In this document: positions 1 to 10,512 of the stretch, in pieces
Layout of the letters: the number at the start of each line of letters is the position of its first letter
Numbering within the stretch: position 1 is the first letter of the stretch
Source: an uncultured Actinomycetes bacterium
GTDB lineage: Bacteria; Actinomycetota; UBA4738; HRBIN12
Direction of reading: 5' to 3'
Assembly (NCBI GenBank): GCA_963796725.1
Contig: CAWCMT010000005.1
Location: 338,950 to 402,949, forward strand
DNA: 64,000 nucleotides
Made by a program: the position numbers and the translations under genes
Notes under the pieces: model-generated
The model's database searches: none
Told to the model about the DNA's origin: nothing
The model's input: the letters and a program-made list of their open reading frames with translations, nothing else

Positions 1-975
1 GCGTTCTCCTGGTAGCCGGCGTAGACCTCCATCTGCCGCGCGTACAGCTTCTTCGCGGTGTCGTCGAGCGAGTCCCACGCGGGGAACGCGTCGGGCCGCT
101 CGGTGAGCTCGGTGTCCTGCGGGACGATCCCGAGCTGCTTCTGCCGCTCGAGCGTCCGCTTGCGGAGCTCGTCCCAGCCATCGTCGAACTTGCCCTCGTA
201 CCGGTCCGCCCACTCCTTCGGCACGTGGTGCGGTGCGTGCGCGCAGCCGGTCGAATAGAACATGAACCACGGCTTGTGGGCGTCTTGCGCGCGGACGCCG
301 TGGAGCCACTCGACCGCCTTGTCGGTGATGTCGTCGGGGAAGTAGTACTGCGCGCCGTCCTTGCCCTCGGGCACGCCGAGGACCGCGTCGTCTTGGGTGA
401 TGATGGGGTCGTACTGGCCGGCGGCCCCGGACAGGAAGCCCCACCAGTGGTCGAACCCCCACGACTTCGGCCAGTGGTCGAACGGCCCCGCGGCGCCCTG
501 CACGGTGTTCGGTGTGAGGTGCCACTTCCCGAACCCGCCGGTGACGTAGCCGTTCTCCTTGAGGATCCGCGGGAGCCCCGCGCAGCTCTTCGGCTTCGCC
601 GACGTGTAGCCGGGGAACGGGCCCGGGTACTCGGCGATCGAGCCGAACCCCACGCGATGCTGGTTCCGTCCGGTGAGCAGCGCCGCCCGCGTCGGCGAGC
701 AGACCGCCGTCACGTGGAACGCGTTGTACGTGATGCCCATCTTCTGCACGCGCGAGAAGGCCGGCGTGCTGATCGGACCGCCGAACGTGTCGATCGAACC
801 GAACCCCGCATCGTCGATGATGCACGAGCAGCACGTTCGGGGCGCCCTCGGGCGCCTTCGGACCGGGGATCATGGCCCAGTCCGCGACGGACTCCTTGAG
901 CGTACGGCCCGCCGTGCCGCCGAACCGCCGATCGGGGATCGGGAGCTCGCTGCGATCCTGCACGAATTTGCCCAT
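1..975 (-). pseudogene. Arylsulfatase (formylglycine-dependent type), 5' part only. The gene runs off the left edge and has one frame break near 822.
   Basis: Own minus-strand translation from ATG 975 gives MGKFVQDRSELPIPDRRFGGTAGRTLKES..APNVLLV. After a 1-nt shift it continues IIDDAGFGSIDTFGGPISTPAF..HVTAVCSPTRAALLTGRNQHRVGFG..GFGKWHL. The C-x-P-x-R sulfatase signature is present. It is absent from the ORF track because there is no stop inside the window. Confidence 0.8.
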
Positions 976-988
976 CGCCGTGGCGAGC

Positions 989-1468
989 TCCGTCTTTGAG
1001 CGCACGCACGCCCTCCTTGTCGGTCTGGGCGATCGACTTGCCCGGCGAGTTCGGCAACGCCTGCTCGACGGCGAGGCGGTGCTCGTCGTCGAAGACGGTG
1101 ATGACGCCCGCCGTGCCCGGCGGCAGCTGCTCGGCAAGATCCTCCATCCCCGCCTCAACCTTGCGCTGGGTGAACTTCCCCACCAGACCGCCGGCGGCGG
1201 CGCCCACGGCCACAGCGCCAAGCAGCGGCGGGGCGAAGAGGCCAACCACGAGACCGGCCCCCGCGCCCCAGCCGAGGCCCTTGCGGCCCAGATGGTCGCC
1301 GTGCTCGACCACGGTCACGTCCCCGCCGGGGTCGTGCGTGACGAGGATGGCCCCCTCGATCTCGACCTGGCCGTCCGCGACCAGCTGCATCAGCCCGTCG
1401 AAGTCACCCGTCGCGGCCTCGACGCTCTGGTACCCGGCAACGAGGACGTCTGTCATCTCCTCGGTCAT
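989..1468 (-). CDS. DUF1269-like glycine-zipper membrane protein; 3' end uncertain
   Basis: It lies in the frame of ORF 710..1834. From ATG 1468 (RBS GGGAAGGGAG) the product reads MTEEMTDVLVAGYQSVEAATGDFDGL..GLGWGAGAGLVVGLFAPPLLGAVAVGAAAGGLVGKF. No in-frame stop occurs until 710, so the end near 990-1000 is inferred from domain length. Confidence 0.6.
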
Positions 1469-1527
1469 GACCGCTCCCTTCCCATATGTGACGTCGATAC
1501 GGTACGACGTGTGACCGAAGGTCGCTG

Positions 1528-2354
1528 CTACGGAACCCAATGCGGGGGGCGGCCGATCCACGGAGGAAGGCGCGTCGCCAGCATCCCCCTTCGCCGATGA
1601 CACCTGCGTGGGTGTCAGGAAGATGGCATCCGTGAGGTCGGCGCGCCCGAGGTCGGCGGCCCTGAGGTCGGCGCCGAGGAAGTCGCTCGCTCGAAGATCC
1701 GCGCCGCGGAGGTCGGCGCCGATCAGGAAGGCCCCGTGCAGATCGGCGCCGGCGAGATCGGCATCGCGGAGGTCCGCCCCCATCAGGTTCTCGCCCGCAT
1801 GGTCGGTCCCGTCGACGCGGATCGCGGCGCGCACGAGCGCGCTCGTCCGCGGACAGCAGGTCGTCGACCCGCTCGCCGTGGGAGGTCAGGTCCATCACCG
1901 CGAGCTCGACGGGACCATCGCCGGCCAGGCGGTCGGTCTCCTCCAACGCGCGCTCCAGCTCCGCCTGCAGGTCGCGTGCCGGCTCCCTGGTCAGGGCGTC
2001 ACCCAGGTACCAGAGCAGTTCGTGCAGCCACCGCATGATGCCGAACACCTCGAACTGCTGCTCGGCGATCTCGGGCGTCGCTCGCCAGTTCGCGCCGCCG
2101 AACGTCTCTTGGATCACCCGCTGTCCCGCGCCGAGGCACTCGAAGGCCGCACATCCCGGGAACCCCTCGGGACGCAGGCGTTCGTGGATCTCGCATCGGA
2201 AGTCGTCCTGCAGGTGCGGGCACGGGGCGCCCGGAGCCTTGTCGATCGCGAAGTCGGCGGACGCGGAGAAGGCCGGCGCCACGCAGCACAGCCCCGCGCA
2301 CCGCGCGCAGTCGGCGCGCAACCGGGAGCGAAGCTGGTCGACCGAGACGTCCAC
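1528..2354 (-). pseudogene. Pentapeptide-repeat protein with a Cys-rich N-terminal domain; two frame breaks (~1830 and ~1587)
   Basis: The N-terminus is in ORF 1404..2354 (GTG 2354; MDVSVDQLRSRLRADCARCAGLCCVAPAF..). The repeats GADLRDADLAGADLHGAFLIGADLRGADLRASDFLGADLRAADLGRADL are in the 710..1834 frame. The family-typical C-terminus ..TRLPPWIGRPPHWVP is in the third frame and ends at TAG 1528-1530. Confidence 0.75.
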
Positions 2355-2393
2355 CGGCCGACCATATCCCGGTGACGTGGTTCGGTCCCGGGA

Positions 2394-4746
2394 TCAGCCG
2401 GTCCGCTCCCTCAGGACAGAAGCGAGGTCCAGCCGCTGCACGGCCCGCAGACCCGGCCACTGCGTGACGAGCGCCACGAGGAGCATCGCGAGCGCCGACC
2501 ACACGAAGGTCATCGGCTTCATGGCCAGGTCGAAGCTGAAGAGGTCGCTGGAGAACGACGCCATGAAGCTCTTCGCGATCAGGTAGCCGATCAGGAGACC
2601 GGGCACGATACCCAGCGTCACCACCAGCAGGTTCTCGCCTACGATCATCCGCGCGAGCCGGCGCCGGCCCACCCCTTCGGATCGAAGCGTCGCCACCTCC
2701 CCGGCCCGCTCTGCGATGTTCACCGACATCGTGTTGAAGATCAGCACGAAGGCCAGCAGGGCACCGAAGAGGAGCATGACCCCGACGAACACGTAGAACA
2801 GTCCGAGGAACGAGCCAGCCGCTCGTTGAAGCGTCCGGGCATCCACGTAGGCGGCCACGTCGGGCGATGCGGAGATCCGTTCCCGCATGACCTGCGGCGG
2901 GGCCCCCGGATCGAACCGCAGGAACACGGTGTTCGCGAGGGAGCCCGAGCCGGCCGCCGAGTCCAGCGCGGGCAGCGAGGCATAGGCGAACGTGCCCAGC
3001 GGCTCGTCCAGGAATCCAGCGATCGGCTCGGTTAGGACCGTACCGCCGCCCAGATCGACCTGCACCCGGTCCCCCACCCCGACGTCGAGTTGGCCGCCCA
3101 CGGCCTGGCCCACCAGGAGACCCGACGAGGGCAACGTGGTGGTTCCGCCGCCGGGTTCGACGAACCCGTGCATCGTGGTGTCCGACTGCATGCCGAACAG
3201 GGAGGTGGCGTAGGAGCGGTCTCCGGATCGCAGCGTGGCCGACAGCTCCGCGACAGGTTCCGCGGCGGCCACGCCCTTCACGGTCGAGAGCCGGCCAACG
3301 GACGCCGTATCCACCGGACCCCGCAGGTAGACCTGCGCATCCTGCTGCTGCACCACATCGAACTGGCGCGCCAGCAGCACCTGGGTCGTGTCCAGCATCC
3401 CCCAGGAAACCAGGATGAGGGTGAGGGCGAGCACCACGCCCAGCGCGGTGTAGAGCGTGCGCCGCCGGTCACGCGTGATGCTGCGCATCGCCATCCTCGC
3501 AGGCACCGGCAGTCGGGCGAGCGGAGGTGCGATCCGCTCGAGCAGGCTCCGCCCGCCTCCGCCCGTGGGGAGCATGCCGCGCATCGCCTCGGCGGGTTGC
3601 ACGCGAGAGGCACGCAGGGCGGGTCCCGCCGCGGCAAGGACCCCCACCACCACGCCGAAGGTGATGCCGATCAGCATCGTGCCCGGATGTAGGGGCGCCA
3701 CCACGATCGGCACGGAGATGGCAGAGGTGTAGGCGCGGGTGACGGTCCGTGCGAGCAACACCCCGACGATCGCACCCGGCACCGCGCCGGCCAGCCCGGC
3801 GACCAGCCCGAAGTCGACGTAGTGGCCCAACAGCGTCCGACGCGATGCGCCGAACGCGCGCATCGTGCCGATCTGCGACCGCTGGCGACTGTACGAGCCG
3901 GGTCAGCAGCACCCACGCCGTCATCGCGGCGGCGGTCAAGAAGAGGATCGGGAACATCAGCGACATCTCGCCGAAGCCCTGCACGTCCTCCAACAATGCG
4001 GCGTTCGAGGGCTGGTCGGCCCGCGGCAGGACATCGGTGGCGCCTGCGCTCCGGGCGACCGTGGTCAGCTCGGACACGACCGCGTCCACGTGGCTCCGGT
4101 CCGGCACGTAGACGAGGAGCTGATGCTCGGCGGCCTCGCCCGCGAGGGCGGCGACCGTCGCCTCGGGAGCGAACAGCACGGCGAAGTCGTCCGGCGACGT
4201 CAGCAGGTCCTGCCGGCTCCGCGCCGGCCAGAGGTACTCGGGTGAGGCGGCCGTGCCCAGCACGGATGCGGTCGTCCAGCCTCCCGGACCGAGGACCTGC
4301 ACGCTGTCGCCCGGAGCCAGGCGGAAGTGACTGGCGGCGTGCTGCTCCACGAGGACCCCGTCGGGCGAGCTCGCGGAGAGCCCGGTCCCCTCTTTCACCA
4401 GGACCCGGTCGACCGCCGGCTCGGAGCCCGCGGGCATCCCCACGACCCGCCCCAACAGAGAGGTGGAGCCGATCTTCATCGGTACGTCCGCTTGGATCCG
4501 CTCCTGCACGGTGGCGCCCATCGACGTCGCCTTCGCAGCTATCGTCGCGAGGTCGCCGCCGGTGATCGTGAGGTCGGCGAAGCGCGCCTGCTCGTAGAGG
4601 GCGTTGTAGGAGGCCTGCAGGTTCAGGTAGGCGTCGTAGCTGGCACCGAACAGCGCGACCCCCAGGAACAGGGTGATGCCGACGCCGAACATCTGGGCGC
4701 GGCGACGACGCATGTCGCGTCGCAGTTTGATATGCAGCGTCTTCAT
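2394..4746 (-). pseudogene. ABC transporter permease, FtsX/MacB type (two FtsX halves); one frame break ~3885
   Basis: ORF 3469..4746 (MKTLHIKLRRDMRRRRAQMFGV..) joins ORF 2394..3863 (MRAFGASRRTLLGHYVDF..). The join runs across ..LTRLVQS|QRSQIGTMRAFGAS.., where one extra C shifts the frame inside a conserved FtsX motif. Confidence 0.85.
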
Positions 4747-4755
4747 CGCGCACCC

Positions 4756-5483
4756 TCACCACTCCAGGTCCTCGGGATCAACAGGGGCATCGACCACCTC
4801 GTCGGAGACGAGCTCTCCCGAGCGCATCCGCAGGACACGGTCGGCGCTCCGGGCGATCGCCCCGTTGTGCGTGACCAACATGACCGTGCGACGCCCACCG
4901 GAGGCCACGCGCCGCAGGAGCGAGCAGGATGTGACGCCCGGTCTCGAGGTCGAGCGCACCGGTGGGCTCGTCGCAGAAAGGATCGGCGGGTCCTTCGCGA
5001 TGGCGCGCGCGATCGCGACCCGCTGCTGCTCGCCACCGGAGAGCTGATTCGGGAAGTGGTCCGCCCGGTCTCCGAGTCCGACCTCCTCCAGCAGCCCGGA
5101 AGGTCGTCGGCCTCCCGCCCGGTGAGCTCGAGCACCAGCTCGATGTTCTCGCGGGCCGTCAAGGTGGGGATCAGGTTGAAGAACTGGAAGACGAACCCGA
5201 CGCGGTCGCGACGGAACGCGGTCAGCCCGCGCTCGTCCAGTTCGGCGATGTCGTGACCGTCGATCACCACGCGCCCCGCGCTCGCACGCTCGATCCCGCC
5301 CATCACGTCCAGCAGGGTCGTCTTGCCCGAGCCGGACGGGCCGAGGATCACGACGAACCGTCCGGCCTCGATGTCGAGGTCGACGTCGCGAACCGCATGG
5401 ACGGCCACCTCCCCCTCACCGTAGGTCTTGCTCACGCCTTCCAGGCGGATCGCTCCCGCTCCCGCGCCGTTCGTTCCGTTCAT
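4756..5483 (-). pseudogene. ABC transporter ATP-binding protein (MacB/LolD-like); three frame breaks
   Basis: From ATG 5483: [35 protein letters not shown] (Walker A). [14 protein letters not shown] and ..VMLVTHNG.. are in a second frame. Walker [13 protein letters not shown] is readable only in a third frame. The start overlaps the tetR stop (ATGA). Confidence 0.85.
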
Positions 5484-6139
5484 CCTTCCTCCCTCTCGTC
5501 TTCGCCGGTGTCCAGCCCAGCGCGGTCGAGTCGTCCGGCCTCCAGCAGCGCAGCCCAAGCGCTCGCTGCTGCGCCGGTATCCAGCTGCCGATCCACGAGC
5601 CGGTGCAGGACCAGCCCGTCGAGCGCCGCGGCGACCAGGATCGCGGTGCCGCGGACGTCGAGCGATGCCGGTAGCTCCCCCGCCGACCGGGCCCGCTCGA
5701 TGGTCACCGCGAGCGCGCCCCGGAACTCCTCCAACCATGCCGCCGTCCACGCGCGGGTCGGCGGGTCGTAGGTGGCTCGTACCGTGACCTCGATCAAGAC
5801 GCGGAACGGCACGGAGGACTCGTCCACGCGCTCGACCCATGCCAGCGTGCCGGACATGGCTTCCTGCAGCGAGCCCGCCTCGAGCATCGCCTCCATCGGT
5901 TCGCCGAACGCCGCCTCGAGGACCGACCGGGAAGCCTCCCGCATCAACTCCTCCATCGAGCCGAAGTGGTAGTGGACCAGCCCGGGCCGGACCCCTGCGC
6001 GTTCGGCCACCGCACGCATACGGACCCCGCCCCACCCGTCCTCTGCGATGAGCTCAGCCGCGGCAGCGATCAGCCGCTCCCGCGTGCCGGAACCATCCTC
6101 GTCTGCGGTTCGTTCTTGGCGAGGCGCGCCATTGGTCAT
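5480..6139 (-). CDS. TetR/AcrR family transcriptional regulator
   Basis: 219-aa ORF with an N-terminal HTH (RERLIAAAAELIAEDGWGGVRMRAVAERAGVRPGLVHYHFGSMEEL). It is translationally coupled to the downstream ABC ATPase. Confidence 0.9.
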   Translation of the reverse strand: MTNGAPRQERTADEDGSGTRERLIAAAAELIAEDGWGGVRMRAVAERAGVRPGLVHYHFGSMEELMREASRSVLEAAFGEPMEAMLEAGSLQEAMSGTLAWVERVDESSVPFRVLIEVTVRATYDPPTRAWTAAWLEEFRGALAVTIERARSAGELPASLDVRGTAILVAAALDGLVLHRLVDRQLDTGAAASAWAALLEAGRLDRAGLDTGEDEREEG

Positions 6140-6148
6140 ATGACCAAT
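6131..6148. promoter_or_regulatory. Perfect 18-bp palindrome ATTGGTCATATGACCAAT overlapping the tetR start codon; candidate TetR operator
   Basis: Read directly from the sequence. It is AT-richer than its surroundings and centred on the ATG at 6137-6139 (minus strand). Confidence 0.6.
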
Positions 6149-6273
6149 ACTACACAGCCCGGAGACCGCACCGCCAGATGGTGGTCGGGCCCCGCGGTGC
6201 CAGGGCCTTCGGCCTCCTCGGGCCTAGCCGGTCGGTCGGAGACTGGGAAGCGATCCGGCCAGGGAGGTTGGGC

Positions 6274-7311
6274 ATGACGGCGGACTTCGGGTTGACGCAG
6301 TGGATCGCGGTCTTCCTGGTCGCGGCCTCCGCCCTGGTGTGGGCGGGGATCGTGCTCGCGCGCGCGGGCGATCGGATCGCCGTCCGCAGCGGCTTCGGCG
6401 GCCTCTTGATCGGCATGGTCCTGATGGCGGCCGCAACGTCGCTGCCGGAGGTGGTCACGGACGTCAGCGCGGCGGCCGGGGGCGCGCCCGATCTGGCCGT
6501 CGGCGACCTGTTCGGCAGCAATCTCGCCAACATGGCGGTCCTGGCCGTGATCGATCTGATCGCACGTCGGAAGGTCTGGCCGAACGTCGAGCTCGGCCAT
6601 GCCCGCGTCGCTTCGATCGCGATCGTGCTCACCTCGCTCGCTGTTCTCGGCATCCTCACGCCTCGGGGGATCGCGGTCGGCTGGGTAGGCCTCGACACGA
6701 TCGGCATCGCCGCCGCGTACCTGCTGGCCGTCGCGTGGGTGCGGCGCGCACGTGCCCACTCGACCACGACGGGGCCGGACCTGGGCGAGCTTCCGGTCCC
6801 GACCGGTTGGACCGATGGGGCGGGGCGCGAGGGCTCCATCCGCGCGGCCGTGCTCACGTTCGCGGGCGCGGCCGCGGTCGTACTGGTGACCGGTCCGTTC
6901 GTGGCGGTCTCCGGACGTGAGATCGCCCACGCCTCCGGACTCGGTCAGACCTTCGTGGGGGTGGCCCTCCTGGCGGTGGCAACCTCGCTCCCGGAGCTCG
7001 TGGCGTCCGTGGCCGCCGTGCGCATCGGCGCGTTCGACCTCGCGGTCGGGAACCTCTTCGGGAGCAACGCGATCAATATGGCGATCCTCGTCGTGGTGGA
7101 TCTCGCCTACACGCGAGGCCCTCTGCTTGCGGCGGTGGGGCCCGCCGAGACCGTGGCAGGCGTGGGCGCGATCCTGCTCATGGCGATCGCCCTGGCTGCG
7201 GTGGTCCATAGGGAGGAGACCCGCATCATGCGGCTCGAGCCGGATGCGGCCCTCGTGTTGCTGGCCTACGTCGGGGTGCTCGGCGCGGTCGCGGCGGCCT
7301 CGAGCGGGTGA
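6274..7311 (+). CDS. Sodium/calcium exchanger (CaCA/YrbG-like) membrane protein
   Basis: It contains two alpha-repeat motifs (ATSLPEVVTDVSAA..GDLFGSNLANM and ATSLPELVASVAAV..GNLFGSNAINM) and is polytopic. The start was chosen at ATG 6274 (MTADFGLTQW). Confidence 0.85.
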   Translation: MTADFGLTQWIAVFLVAASALVWAGIVLARAGDRIAVRSGFGGLLIGMVLMAAATSLPEVVTDVSAAAGGAPDLAVGDLFGSNLANMAVLAVIDLIARRKVWPNVELGHARVASIAIVLTSLAVLGILTPRGIAVGWVGLDTIGIAAAYLLAVAWVRRARAHSTTTGPDLGELPVPTGWTDGAGREGSIRAAVLTFAGAAAVVLVTGPFVAVSGREIAHASGLGQTFVGVALLAVATSLPELVASVAAVRIGAFDLAVGNLFGSNAINMAILVVVDLAYTRGPLLAAVGPAETVAGVGAILLMAIALAAVVHREETRIMRLEPDAALVLLAYVGVLGAVAAASSG

Positions 7312-7361
7312 CCCGGCCCGCTCGGGTGCGCGCTCCTGCCGCCAGGATCTAGGCTTACGCG

Positions 7362-7736
7362 ATGGCATACGACGAGGAGTTGGCTGAGCGGGTCCGCGCC
7401 GCTCTGGGGCCCGTGGCGGGCGTCACCGAGATCAAGATGTTCGGCGGACTCTGCTTCACGGTGGGTGGCAACATGGCTGTGGGCGTGATGGGCGACGATC
7501 TGATGGTTCGACTCTCGCCCGAGGACGGCGTCGAGGCGCTGTCGGAGCCCGGCGCGCGACCCATGGACTTCACCGGCAGGCCCATGCACGGATTCCTCTA
7601 CGTGGGTCCCGCGGGTCAGGAGACCGACCGCTCGCTCCATGATTGGGTGGAGCGCGGCGTCGACTACGCGGCATCGCTCCCGCCGAAGAAGCCCAAGGAC
7701 CCGAAGCCGAAGAAGACGAAGCGCGCCGGCAGATAA
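7362..7736 (+). CDS. TfoX N-terminal domain family protein
   Basis: MAYDEELAERVRAAL..VTEIKMFGGLCFTVGGNMAVGV..DLMVRL resembles the TfoX_N pattern. The C-terminal tail is Lys/Pro-rich. Confidence 0.75.
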   Translation: MAYDEELAERVRAALGPVAGVTEIKMFGGLCFTVGGNMAVGVMGDDLMVRLSPEDGVEALSEPGARPMDFTGRPMHGFLYVGPAGQETDRSLHDWVERGVDYAASLPPKKPKDPKPKKTKRAGR

Positions 7737-7793
7737 GGTGGAGGAGATCCTCGGCGCGACCGGAAACGCCGGTCGGTCCTGGATCAGACCGCC

Positions 7794-9206
7794 GTGTCCG
7801 TGACCGAATCGTCGCCTCCACCACAGCCCGCCCGGAACCCCGCCTCCCGTCGGGCGCTGCGCATGCTGTTCGTCGTCGGCACGCTCGTGATCGTTGCCGC
7901 CGCCTCGATCGCGTTCGCGCTACGCGTGACCCCCGAACAGTCGGTGCGGGCGCTTGGGCAGACCGTCACGGTGGGTACCGCCGCCCCCACCTGGAGCACG
8001 TCGGGGCCGGGGGAGGTCGTGCTCTTCGGCCGATCGCTCCCGACGCAGGTGGACTTCATCGGACCCGTCCGCCCTCGGCTGGAGCTGACGGACATCAGCA
8101 TCAACGAGCAGGTAGCGGGGCTCTTCGGCACCGCGTCGGGACCTTCCGCGGCGACCGACCTGGGCGGTGCGCTCGTCGCGGGCTGGCGACGCTACTTCGC
8201 GTGGGAGATCGCGTTCGTGGCGCTCGGCGCCGTCGTCCTCCTCGGAGCGATCGCGGGCTGGCGGCGTTACGACCGGCGTACCACGGTCGTGGCGCTGCTC
8301 GGAGGTCTCCTGTTCGTTGAGGCGGTGAACCTGAGCGCGATCATGGTCACGGCATATACCGCACCGGCCGTCCTGAGGGGTGTGCACAGCATGAGCGGGC
8401 TGGTCGGACACGAAGGCGCTCGCGCGGTCCGCCCCGCCGCGGGGCCTCCGCGGCCGCAGGTCCAGGCCATCGTCATGGGTGACTCGACCGCGGCGGGGCT
8501 GGGCGGGCCTCCCCTGCCGAACGCCACCGCCGCCGACCAAGCGTGCGAGCGGAGCTCCACCGCGTTCGCGGTGACGCTGGCCCACGTGAACGATTGGGAG
8601 GTCGATAACCTCGGCTGCAGCAGCGCCACGATCCGCCAGGGCATCCTGGGACCGCAGTCGAAGGGAGGCGTTCGGCTCCCGCCTCAGCTGGCCGTCGCGG
8701 AGCGAGCGGTGGACGCGAAGGCGGTGATCGTGAGCATCGGCGCCAACGACATGGATTGGAGTTCTTCGGTCTACGTCTGCGCCACCTCCGACGCCTGCGA
8801 CAGCCGCGCCGTGACCGCCTACTTCCAGAAGCAGCTGGACCGATTCACCCGCGACTACTACGAGCTGCTGCGGCAACTCGCCGCCTTGCCCGGCGATCCG
8901 ACGATCGTGATCAACCAGTACTACGTTCCTTTCGACCCGGCGCTCGACTGCCTGGCGCCCTCCGGCCTGACGCCGTCGAAGCTCCGCGTGCTGCTCGAGC
9001 GCCTCACCACGATCAACCAGGTCCTGGCCAACGGGGCCGAGACCTTCGGCTACCGAACGGTCCAGCCTGACTTCAGCGGCCACGAACTCTGCACCGACGC
9101 TCCCTACGTCCAGGGCCTGGACGACCCCGCCCCGCTGCACCCCAACGCGCGCGGTCAGCTGGTGATCGCGCTCGCGGACGAGCGCGCCCTCCTGGGCGCC
9201 CGCTGA
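7794..9206 (+). CDS. Membrane-anchored SGNH/GDSL hydrolase
   Basis: N-terminal TM helices are followed by block I (VMGDSTAAG), block III (SIGANDM) and block V (LHPNARG). Confidence 0.8.
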   Translation: MSVTESSPPPQPARNPASRRALRMLFVVGTLVIVAAASIAFALRVTPEQSVRALGQTVTVGTAAPTWSTSGPGEVVLFGRSLPTQVDFIGPVRPRLELTDISINEQVAGLFGTASGPSAATDLGGALVAGWRRYFAWEIAFVALGAVVLLGAIAGWRRYDRRTTVVALLGGLLFVEAVNLSAIMVTAYTAPAVLRGVHSMSGLVGHEGARAVRPAAGPPRPQVQAIVMGDSTAAGLGGPPLPNATAADQACERSSTAFAVTLAHVNDWEVDNLGCSSATIRQGILGPQSKGGVRLPPQLAVAERAVDAKAVIVSIGANDMDWSSSVYVCATSDACDSRAVTAYFQKQLDRFTRDYYELLRQLAALPGDPTIVINQYYVPFDPALDCLAPSGLTPSKLRVLLERLTTINQVLANGAETFGYRTVQPDFSGHELCTDAPYVQGLDDPAPLHPNARGQLVIALADERALLGAR

Positions 9207-9323
9207 CCCGCCCGGGGGGAGAAGTGTCGACCCTCGGTCAACGGCACTGCTTGCGCCGCCGAGGCCACGGGTACAGGCTCGATCGGGATCGAGTTCACTA
9301 CCCAGCACCCGAAGGAGGAACGC

Positions 9324-10484
9324 ATGTCCGAGCCGTTCGACATGGGACTGGTGCAGCGCGGCGCGCGCAACCGCCGCACGCCCTACTACGAGGCAACGCA
9401 GCGCTACGGCCCGAAGGGCTTCACCGTCTACAACCATATGTACTTCCCGATCCGCTTCGACACCTTCGAGGCGGAGTTCGAAGCGTTGTTGAACGGCGTG
9501 ACGCTTTGGGACGTGGCCGTGGAGCGGTGCCTCGAGATCTCCGGGCCCGACGGGTTCGCGTTCGCGCAGCTGCTGACCCCGCGGGACCTCTCGAAGTGCG
9601 CGGTCGGCCAGGCGAAGTACGTCCTGATCTGCGACAGCGACGGTGGCATCATCAACGATCCCGTCCTCACGCGCATGGACGAGAACACCTTCTGGTTCGC
9701 CCTCGCCTCCTCCGATGCCCTGCTGTTCGCACGCGGTCTGCGCAACGCCTACCCGAACCTCGACGTCACGATCCGTGAGGCCGACGTCGCGCCGCTCCAG
9801 GTGCAGGGGCCGAAGTCGAAGGACCTGATGGTGGCGCTGCTTGGCGAGCAGATCCTCGACCTCCGCTACTACTTCTGGCAGCACGCCGAGATCGCCGGCG
9901 TGCCGGTGGTCGTCACCCGCACCGGGTGGACATCCGAGGTGGGCTACGAGGTCTACACGACCGACACCTCGCGCGGGAACGAGGTCTTCGAGGCGATCAT
10001 GGCCGCCGGCGAGCCGTTCGGGATCGTCCCCACGGGGCCCAGCGACATCCGCCGGATCGAGGGCGCCATCTTCAACTGGGGCGCCGACATGACGTACGAG
10101 AACAACGCGTACGAGATGGGGCTCGAGCGTCTGGTGGACCTGGACGGTCTCGCCGACGACGCCTGTATCTCGGTGGCGGCATACCGAGGGATCGCCGCTC
10201 GGGGCGTGGCCCGGAAGATCCGCGGCGTGACCTTCGACGGAGAACCGTTCCCCTCCCTGAACAACGTGAAGTGGGCGGCCTCGCTCGACGGCCGGGAGGT
10301 AGGGACCGTCACGTCCGCGATCTACTCGCCTCGACTGTCTTCGAACATCGGCTTCTGCTGGCTCCCCACCGATGCCGGACAGGATGGGCAGACGGTGCGC
10401 GTCGCCACGGAATGGGGCGAGCGCACCGCCACAGTGGTGCCGATGCCCTTCGTCGACCCCTCGAAGTCGATACCGGTCTCCTGA
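9324..10484 (+). CDS. Aminomethyltransferase family protein (GcvT/DmdA-like)
   Basis: RRTPYYEATQRYGPKGFTVYNHMYFP..VTLWDVAVERCLEISGPDGF..DGGIINDPVLTRMDENTFWFALASSD follows the DmdA/GcvT-type fold pattern. Confidence 0.85.
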   Translation: MSEPFDMGLVQRGARNRRTPYYEATQRYGPKGFTVYNHMYFPIRFDTFEAEFEALLNGVTLWDVAVERCLEISGPDGFAFAQLLTPRDLSKCAVGQAKYVLICDSDGGIINDPVLTRMDENTFWFALASSDALLFARGLRNAYPNLDVTIREADVAPLQVQGPKSKDLMVALLGEQILDLRYYFWQHAEIAGVPVVVTRTGWTSEVGYEVYTTDTSRGNEVFEAIMAAGEPFGIVPTGPSDIRRIEGAIFNWGADMTYENNAYEMGLERLVDLDGLADDACISVAAYRGIAARGVARKIRGVTFDGEPFPSLNNVKWAASLDGREVGTVTSAIYSPRLSSNIGFCWLPTDAGQDGQTVRVATEWGERTATVVPMPFVDPSKSIPVS

Positions 10485-10512
10485 GAGGACTCCGCCGGGG
10501 GGCCCCCGGGGG

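Noticed and set aside
7920-9884. 654-aa minus-strand ORF spanning the SGNH hydrolase and the first aminomethyltransferase
   Set aside because: It is antisense to two well-supported plus-strand genes. Its Arg/Gly/Pro/His-rich composition is typical of shadow ORFs in high-G+C DNA, and it resembles no family.
10495-10509. G/C palindrome CCGGGGGGCCCCCGG between the convergent aminomethyltransferase genes, considered as a terminator
   Set aside because: The stem is only 5-6 bp with a minimal loop, and such strings are common in high-G+C DNA. It was not called.
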